Part shown: positions 55,401 to 64,000 of the stretch, in pieces
How the letters are laid out: every line of letters starts with the position of its first letter
Numbering within the stretch: the stretch's first letter is position 1
Origin: Bugula neritina
Taxonomy: Eukaryota > Animalia > Bryozoa
Assembly (NCBI GenBank): GCA_964035545.1
Contig: OZ037767.1
Span: forward strand, 3,545,680 to 3,609,679
Length of the DNA stretch: 64,000 bases
Direction: 5' to 3'
Notes under the pieces: model-generated
Database searches by the model: none
What the model was told of the DNA's origin: nothing
The model's input: the letters and a program-made list of their open reading frames with translations, nothing else
Made by a program: the position numbers and the translations under genes

Positions 55401-58400
55401 ATTAATTTGTCTAAACTGGAAGAGGTTTAGTTCCGACTGTGTTTTGATGATGAAATTGGATTTGTATTCTAAACTTCAATTTTTATACCTGTACCTGTAA
55501 TTTTGATCTCCGTTTAAAAATTAGCAAAATATTTATTAGCTGCAGTTAGTAAAGCTATTCTATTAATTTTGCTATTTCATTTTTGGTTGCTATATTTTAT
55601 ATATATAGTAAAAAATTCATTTCAGAAGTTCTTAGGTAGTCTTACCTCGGACTACTCTAATTTATTTAAATGCTATGACACTTTTCTGGGGATAGAAAAT
55701 ATAGTGAGTTTTTTCTCATAGTCATGTTTACACAATGATCATTATCCATGACTGCATATACACTATTTTACTACTCCCTTACCATTATACTTCTACTAAC
55801 CTACATTTGTATTTGCTGCATTGTATTCCATGCCAAAATATACACGTTTGAGGCCAATACTATCATACTTCTACCCGCAACCGACTTTTGTAATAATTCT
55901 TAAAATATTATCTCTAATCAAACTGCATAAGAACAATGGTGAGAACAAAGATAGAATGGGTTCCAGCCATGTGAGTGGAAAGTCACGCTGATTCCCACTT
56001 ATTCTATATAATTTTTGGCCGACAGAAAAAATCATATATTCTTTGCCAATTGTTTTAATGTTATAACAATATTTTTTGCTGCATTATTCAGTTATATATA
56101 GCTCTTCCCAGTCGATCACTAAACTCAAAATATCTTCCACATATTACTCAGCATTTCTATTTTGTTTTCAGAGTTGTCTGTTCTTTGTGTTTACAAGGGA
56201 GCACAACTCTGCTAAAATTACTACACATATATTCACACATGTCTAAATCATAATACCCTTTACAGAAAATGGATTTGGCTGTTTTGCATTGTTACTGTCG
56301 TGTGTTTGATATTCTGCAGGATAGACATATTTTGTGTTTGTATATTTGGGCAACCCGGGACTATGGGGACAAACAATATTTGGATGTCGTTTTATTTTGC
56401 AGACTATTAGAGCCAATGGATCGATGCACTTTTTCTTCTTTGTCCTCTTCATCTTGCTCTGCTCTTTCTATCTCATCAACTTGATATTGGCTATAGTAGC
56501 CATGGCCTACAATGAGCAACAGGAACGAGACCGAAACGAGCTGATGGCCGAAGCCAACGAGAAACTGGTGAGATTATCTTCTGTGTTATTTCTTATAAAA
56601 CTCACGCAAATTTATAGTCGCTATTCCTGTGAGGAACCCTCTGGTAGAAGGGTTTGTTTGTTAAATCGGGCTAAGGAACTATTCAGATGGGGCTCAAGAG
56701 CAATTATGACTGGATGCTCTTCCTAACATTACCAATGGCTTTGTGGAGGTTCCAACCCATGACTTCGTGTTTACTAAGCAAATTCTCTAACCCCTAGACC
56801 AAGGCTGTGTTAATTGTTATACTGAAGGCATTTTCTTTGTGCGAAATGCACATTTCCCAGTAAAGAAAATGTATTAAAGCGTGTAGCAAATAGAGGGTGT
56901 TCCCACAGCATAATGTGACCCTAAGGCTCTTGAGAGCTGCCTAGTAGTTCATTGGGGGGCGAAATAATTAAAAGGCGTCTTGTCTGATGTGAAGAGACAG
57001 ACTCCCTTCTACATATTCTGGTTATCTATACTGGAAGAAGCTGTGGGTTCACCAGCTCTCTTTGCTAGCTTTGTGTGTACATTACATCACATCAATGTTC
57101 CTTTACATCTGGTGCAATAGATTTCTGTGCTTAACAGCTTTGGAACTTTAAAGCTTATGCTGGCTTTCAATCATCTCAAATGTTTAGTAAAGTGAACTAT
57201 TTTGAACACAATGGCACTAAAATTAGACCTTTTGGTATTTCAATTGTTGACTGATCACTTTTGTATTAAAACTTAGAATTTTTTTATCAATTTGAACTTT
57301 TTTTATAAAAGTATAAAAAGTGTGAAACACTAGTATGATATTTACAGCATTTGATGTGGTGGCCAGTTTGCCTAAGCCATTAGTTCATCTAAACAAATGA
57401 TGTTATTTGATTCCCTTGAGATTATCTTAACTCTGTTTGTATAATATTTTTTGTGATGAGCATTTCCCAATGTTTAGTAACACAGTCTAACAAGATACCT
57501 GCTACTGCCACTAATTTCCTGTTATGTGTTCTAACTTTTCTAACTGCGTGTTTCTTCTTTCTCTTCTTTTCTTGATATTGTTGCTTGTAACAACCAGGAA
57601 AGTGACGAGGCCGAAGCGCAAAAAGCGGTGGAGGCGGCTGATGACAAGGTGAGGCCACGCCCAGTTATCGTAGCAATGCTGCTTTCCGCATGCTGCTCAA
57701 CTGAAATGTAGATGTTGTGACTTACCTGTATGACACCTTTCCTTTGCTTCTCTACAATGTTTTCAGAAAACTGGTCCCCTGTTTTGGTGAAATATTATGC
57801 AACAATCACACCAACTAAAGCTAAAAAATAATTTATCTTCGTCTATACTTACTTGTACCGTTTTGAACATTTTTGAAAAGAAAAAATAAGAAAAATATTA
57901 CGAAAAAGAATCAGAAATTTAAAAACGTTTTGGGTGTTGACACTCAAGAAAACAATATTAAAGTCAATCCAGTAAAGTGTGTACCACATGAAAAGGGTTG
58001 TAAACACACTGCAGTTATTTTCTATATTTTGATTTTAAAATTTTATAGATTTTAAAATTATCTAAAAATTTTTAAATTGCAATCATCACCAAATGTCTAA
58101 TGCGGATATACAATGAAGGAAGACAACTCCTTGTCATGTAAAATAATACCCTTAAGATAGAGAAGATAACTCTATGGCGATAGTTTAGTAAAGCTAAGCT
58201 CTCTGGGGTCTATTGATATAGTGTATTCAAGGCAAATTGCAAGAAATAATTAAACCCTTCTTTAGCAATGTAATTTGATAAGTTATTTCACCAATACTTT
58301 GTTGAATTATAAATTGGCCTTGGAACATTAAATACTTGGGTTGCAATATTTGCGTGAAAACTGAACTTAACACCAGTTTTAAGATAATTGTCGTTTTCCT

Positions 58401-61400
58401 ATCATATTAAACTACCACATTCTCGTACTAACACATTGTATGACTTAGCTATGAACAAAACCTGGCTGAACTAAATTGTCCCTAGCTATAACAGTGGTGG
58501 AGTAAGCAGGTGAAATTATAGTTTTAGGTTGCTTGTAACATAGATATGTTTTATTCAAGAAAAGTTACTCAATTTTAAGTTTTAGATATGCAAATTTATT
58601 TATTTTGTATTTTATAAAATAAAAATAGAATCACTTTTAGTGAGGTTAAAGATTATAATTATTCTCAATTTGAAAACTTTGTTGCAACTTAAAACATGTT
58701 TCTTAGTAAAGCCTAGTGTATAGAGTTTTTTCATTTCATTGTTTGTTGTCAGTCTTCAAGTCTTTTATGTTGGAGGCAATAAACTTAGAAGAATTCTCTA
58801 GAAGTTTAAAGTATAAAATAGTAGGCACATAAACAACCTATACTATGATACACGTTTGTACATATAAATAATGTAAAATAATTCTGCTGTTTGTCTAAAT
58901 CAGTGCTGCTGCGGCCGCTGCTTGTTACCCACTGCTCTTTGCTAAGGCGGAATGCATGCTTTTGTCTAGGAGGAACAGGATCGACATATGAGAGAAGCAT
59001 GTGCTCAAGTTCGTAATATGAATGCAAGTCGGGCTCCTAGTAGAGCCCCGAGTCGAGCCCCTAGTCGGGTTCCCAGCATAGACAAGCTTCTCACTCCCAA
59101 ACCCTTTGTAGCTAATGATAGAATTAGCTTGAAAACAGATTTTGATATTGACAACCTTGAGGCTAACACAGTCATAAACAAATATCAGGTAATCTTGTGG
59201 GTGGTAGAACTTGTGGTGTCCTGAAACTAACGTGTCTATAACTCCAATTAATTGAATATTCCTCATATCAAACTGATGGTTATGTCTGTTTGGGTTGTGT
59301 GTTTATGCAACTAAATCTAAAGAGTTATTGTTTTGAAGCTTGCTTAAAAATTATCAATTGATAAAATTAATTGACTTAAAAATAAGTTTACTTTTCTTTA
59401 AACCTGTTTTTGAAGTTTCACTTGATTATCATATACAGCAAAAACACAATGACATCATTTTAAGCTGTTTTTTAGGCTAGTAAATTTGGGTGACTCAAAC
59501 AGTAATAATAAACTGGGCCCATTAATCAGTTTGCTGTCTTGTGGAATTTTGCTGTTGCTTCAGTGTGAGTGCGTGCTCCCATAACACTGCGTGCTAATCT
59601 CGTTTTACAGTCCCCCATGTTAAGTTTGCCTGACTCCCCGCTAACAAGAAGAAGGGCTAACAGTATGCATGATGTTATGTTGTACATACACCACGAAGGT
59701 GCTTCCGGCAATCTGTGTGGCCCCATAGTTGATAAACGCCAACATAAACCACGCACCAGTCTCACATCCACTACCATTGATGCTCGGGGTCTTACCTCAA
59801 ATACTATTGGATCACGGGGTCAGGGTGTTGATAATCCTCTGCCATTTGCTGATGACAGTCAAGCTGTAACCCCGTCCTCCATTGATGGACCAAATCTGGT
59901 GTTTGACTTCAACCACCCTGATTCTGATGAACCTTCTCATTTTAAAAGGTAAATTAATTTAGTCAACTTTTTTTCAATTTACCATTTAATTCATCAACAA
60001 CTTTTACTCTATGAGACGTGGTTTTTATGGAATTTTTACAGCTGCTACACTAAAAATTTATTGAAATTTATTTCGTCATATTTGTATACTGATTTACCTC
60101 TGGGAACCTGTGCATATAATGTGTTATAATTTATTTTTATTGCTCATTTACTTAGATCAGTAACAGTAAACATTTATTTTGTCATGAACCTAAATTTTGT
60201 TTCGTTTATTGTACGTAAGATGTAAAATGGTTTGCTTGCCGGTATGTCAAAGTTGAGTTGTGAAATATAATAACTAAAATGATGAAACAAAGTATTACGA
60301 TCTCACACCCAAATTACTAAAAAATTAGGATAAAAAATAGGAAATCGAGCAAAATTAGAAAAACAGCCTTGCTTATTCAGTTGTATTTGTTAATATTGTA
60401 TCAGTTTAATGCAAGAAACTAATACATTAACGGCTGAACTGTGAAAAATAGCTAACAACTAGATATATAGTGTGTACTATATTAAGTAAAATGACCCATG
60501 TAGTAGTAATATTATTTGCAATAATAATAGACCCGTATAAAACTAGCGACATATTTTGTAGAGATTTGAGGAGCAGTTTGATCTCAAGGTCAAGCAGAAC
60601 CAGCGCAAGGTCAAGAGGTTCACAGAAGCAGACGACAGCTGGCATACCCAATCGGGCTCTGAATAATAATGTAGCAGACGACTATAGCAATATTCCTGCT
60701 GTTTATGTTAGTGGGTCAGCACCCAAGAAGGTAGTTCTTGGCTGACCAGTAGCCCACATGATCAGCTTTTCGACATCAATGCTTGTTGCAACAAAACTTG
60801 TCTTTCTACCTCTAGAGCTTAAATATTCTACTATCGGGTTACTGTAACCGCTCTGCTTATTTGTTATAGAACTGTTGATTGTGTTGACTGTGTTATGTGT
60901 CTATATGTTGAATATGTTGAATGTGTTGAATATTTGTAAAGTTAGAAACATAATAATGATGTGGGAATTCAGAATCAACAACTTTAACTGTCAACTCTTT
61001 AACTTTAACAACCTTAACTTTAATGGTCAGAACAGAAAATAAACTATCTGCCATATTTGACTTGATTACATCTTGTTCAGTTTCAGAAAATTCAGACTGA
61101 ATAATATAACAAATAGAGAAGCTATGCTTTTAAAAATGGGATTCCGTAACTTACTTTTACTAAGTGATTGGTCTGTTGCAGAGGCAGCTTGAAAACGAGT
61201 TGCTGCCGGAGAATGAGACGCCCAATCAGTACAACAGTCTGCTGACATTGGACAGCCCATCTGTGGCCAATCACATCAACATGAAAGGTAGCGGTGCTGT
61301 CTGTCGTTTTAATAGTAGTTGAAGTCAATTCGTTTCTAACCACCCTACAATGACATCTTCTATCAATCAAACTTTAACTCTTGATAAATGAACTTGATCT

Positions 61401-63801
61401 CTAATTACAAGTAAATTGAACGTTGCAGGCGTTGATGACATCAGAGAGATGATGGACATAGCGTCGCGAGTGCGTACCATGGATGAGCAGAACGTATCCA
61501 AAACTGTGTTGATAAAGGCGAGACTGAGGCAGATCTTCTGTTCCTGGTCGTGCTGCCCCTGTTTCCTGTCTACTCAGAAGTATCTCGACTTGTTCATCAG
61601 TGACGCCTTCATGGAGGTCTGTCTTTCAACTATTACTTTGAAAGTGAAAGTCTTTTTGGAGAGATGCAACTCGGTTTTTATTGCATATATTGAATTTTAT
61701 ATTATATTATATTATTATATTACTATACAACAAAGTTGAATATTTTGCAGGTGTTTATCATGATCTGTATTCTAGCCAACACTTCCTTCATGGCGATGGA
61801 ACATCATCTTCAGCCCCCCTCTCTGGCGAGAATGTTGGAAATAGGCAATTATGTAAGTATACATACACATATAATATACTCGTATACATACATACATACA
61901 TAAATACATACATACATAAATACATACATACATAAATACATACATACATAAATACATACATACATAAATACATACATACATAAATACATACATACATAAA
62001 TATACAGTATGCTATATATAAATCCCCACATTTCAGGTGTTTACTGCTGTTTTCGCTCTGGAATCTGTGCTCAAGCTGATTGCTATGGGACCAGTCAAGT
62101 ATTTCAAAGAAGCGTGGAACTCCTTCGACTTTCTTGTCGTCACATTCAGTTTAGTAGAGCTGATTAACGTCTGGATGGGGAATGGAGGTGCGGGAGGTTT
62201 CAGTGTTCTTCGCTCATTCAGACTGGTAAGACCTCAATCTACACTACTAGTTGAAGCAACTTAACTCTGCTTTATACTTAATTTTAAATTTTATCTTTTT
62301 TTAAGAATGAAACTCAATTTTTATATTTCTATTCCACATGGTAAGGGGAGTTCTCATGAACCATGATTTTAGTTCTTGAAATTTTTTTTTGATTATTTGA
62401 GTAAAAGTTAAGAGGTCAGTTTTCAGTCCTTCACATTTGTAGCTGAGAGTTCTGAAGCTGGCAAAGTCTTGGAAGACTCTAAACTCTCTGATGATGATAG
62501 TAGCCAAGTCGTTGGGTGCGTTGGGTAACCTCACCATTATCCTCTGCATTATCATATTTATATTTGCTGTCATGGGAACACAACTCTTTGCTACTGTGTA
62601 CGATGATAATGCTCGAGTATTCTATGAAGAGAAATTCACGGAGTTTGATGATCCAAATGGTAAGTATGATTTCTACTCAACTCTTGAAGTTAAGTTTTAA
62701 TCGATTGATTTGGAGCATATTTTCTGTGAATGAATTTTTGTTAAGATCATATTTAGTTAGGCATATTTTTGAGTGTTTAATTTTTCAAGCATGTAGTAAA
62801 CCATATATGGTAGTTACAATTTTAAAGATGGCTGCCGTGGTGGTCAAAATTAAATTAAGCATATATAATTTTATTAGTTATATTGTGTAAGCATTCTAAC
62901 TACAAAAATAAAGTTTTTGCTTCACTTTTACTTCTACCAACAAACAATAACTTTCAAGTATGTTTATAAGATATAGTTTATAACTATCTGATGCATATGT
63001 ACATGTGTGCGTAACTAAATGTTCTGTTCAGTAAGTACTTTTATTGTTAATTTATTTCAGCCGAAAGAATTCCCAGATGGAACTTCAAGAATTTTCTTCA
63101 TGCTCTGATGATTGTGTTCAGAGTCCTGTGTGGAGAGTGGATTGAGTCGATGTGGAACTGCATGAGAACTGGACAGGAGTATATCTGCGTACCTTTCTTC
63201 CTTCTTACCATGGTCGTTGGAAACCTGGTGGTTTGTATTTTGTTTTAAAATTGTAACAAGTAATTGTTTTTATTGTTTTCAGCTCTTTTAAATCATAAAT
63301 AAAGCTGAACAAGTTTGCTGACTAAAAGCTTTATAAATGTCATTATTTCCAGCAGATATAATATGTTGATGAGGCAAGACTCCTGCCTAAAACTAACATT
63401 TCGTTTCCAATAATAATCTTAAAAATAAAAAGTCAGACAAAACAATAAACTTGTCAAAAATAGAAAATTGTTGATGATTCATGATTTCTTTAAAAATTGG
63501 TTGTACAGCAGTTTATGCCGAGTATATATGTATGGGCAGTGGCTGATTCGGTGAAGCTGACAAAGTATTTTCTATTTATAGGTGCTGAACTTGTTCTTAG
63601 TTCTGCTGCTCAGTTCATTTAGCGCCGACGCTCTCGACAAGAAGGGAGATGATGAGGAAGTTGACAAGATCTCGGAGGCCAAAGGTCGTATCGTCAGGTT
63701 CTTCCAGTACGTGAAGAAGTCTGTGCGTAATCGGTGTTGCGCTTGGAGACAGAGTAAAACACTGAAGGTGACTGAGTCGGAAGAGTTGGTAGATATCAGA
63801 G
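46471..63801 (+). CDS. Nav1: Voltage-gated sodium channel alpha subunit, Nav1/para-like; 3'-partial (N-terminus, DI, I-II linker, DII, start of II-III linker)
   Basis: 20 phase-compatible exons: 46471-46592, 47835-48159, 48404-48603, 50091-50219, 51078-51202, 51761-51958 (GC donor), 52981-53041, 54014-54158, 56403-56567, 57598-57648, 58970-59188, 59611-59948, 60562-60730, 61182-61287, 61429-61616, 61751-61852, 62037-62225, 62443-62659, 63061-63230, 63582-63801. Motifs: [21 protein letters not shown]4 [13 protein letters not shown], pore TQDFWE, S4 [16 protein letters not shown], pore LCGEWIE. Linker motifs LSLPDSP and [12 protein letters not shown] resemble para/Nav1. The DIII filter Lys lies outside the window, so Nav1 versus Nav2 rests on the linker motifs. 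Confidence 0.95.
46620..47125. repeat. 18-bp minisatellite (GTACTATGAGTAATAGNN), ~27 units, right after the first Nav coding donor
   Basis: Seen directly; produces stop-free periodic ORFs on both strands. Confidence 0.97.
48288..48375. repeat. ~21-bp minisatellite (ATGTTTTACCATGTATAGAT-like) in a short Nav intron
   Basis: Four tandem units just upstream of the acceptor at 48403. Confidence 0.9.
50430..50510. repeat. ~23-bp tandem repeat (CATATTGNAACATGTGAGTTGGC)
   Basis: About 3 degenerate units in a Nav intron. Confidence 0.75.
52285..52375. repeat. ~20-bp C-rich tandem repeat (ATATGTCCCTGCCCCATCTC-like)
   Basis: About 4-5 degenerate units in a Nav intron. Confidence 0.75.
56595..56808 (-). 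mobile_element. tRNA-derived SINE, copy 2 (antisense, in a Nav intron)
   Basis: Reverse complement CAGCCTTGGTCTAGGGGTTAGAG...AGTAAACACGAAGTCATGGGTT...GAAGAGCATCCAGTCATAATTGCTC is colinear with 19389-19605. Confidence 0.85.
61883..62003. repeat. 16-bp/(TACA)n satellite (ACATAAATACATACAT) filling most of a 184-bp Nav intron
   Basis: Seen directly; explains the MYVCIY ORFs. Confidence 0.95.
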
Positions 63802-64000
63802 GTATGTTCACTTTCGTCACCTTAACTATCACTGCCAGTCATTAAAAATTATGTAGGCCTTACCTTTTGTTTCTATATATACTATATATAATATAGGCTA
63901 ATTTTATTACCTGAGAATATTTTCCAATTTTTTGATGCACCATGCTTGAGTAGTCTAATCTAACTTTAAACTAAATTTTGGGTAAAATATACTTCACAGC

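Noticed and set aside
61087-61146. Extra Nav linker exon after tandem CAG acceptors
   Set aside because: Phase-0 entry hits TAA immediately; other frames do not join the flanking exons.

Overview
AT-rich, intron-rich eukaryotic (invertebrate animal) genomic DNA, with no prokaryotic-type features such as operons or CRISPR. I reconstructed five spliced protein-coding genes by hand from splice sites and reading phase. (1) The 3' five exons of a PRD-class Q50 homeobox gene, most like Prop (+, 163-3526). (2) A predicted secreted precursor of about 276 aa with furin sites and one EGFR-ligand-type EGF domain but no visible TM anchor (+, 7807-14097). (3) LRRC57 (-, 15334-23655, 239 aa). (4) An uncharacterised protein of about 205 aa with CxxC and two hydrophobic segments (+, 29131-31012). 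(5) The first 20 coding exons (domain I to the II-III linker) of a divergent Nav1/para-like voltage-gated sodium channel (+, 46471 to beyond the window end). Introns and intergenic DNA carry tRNA-derived SINEs, MITEs, a foldback palindrome and many minisatellites. The most interesting signals are minisatellites whose units look like amplified copies of the adjacent splice site, the anchorless EGF precursor, and several unusual features of the sodium channel (CC+polybasic N-terminus, lengthened S3-S4 paddles, DI-S6 Gly to Cys, tandem RxPS phospho-array, GC-AG intron). All comparisons to known proteins are from memory; no database search was run.
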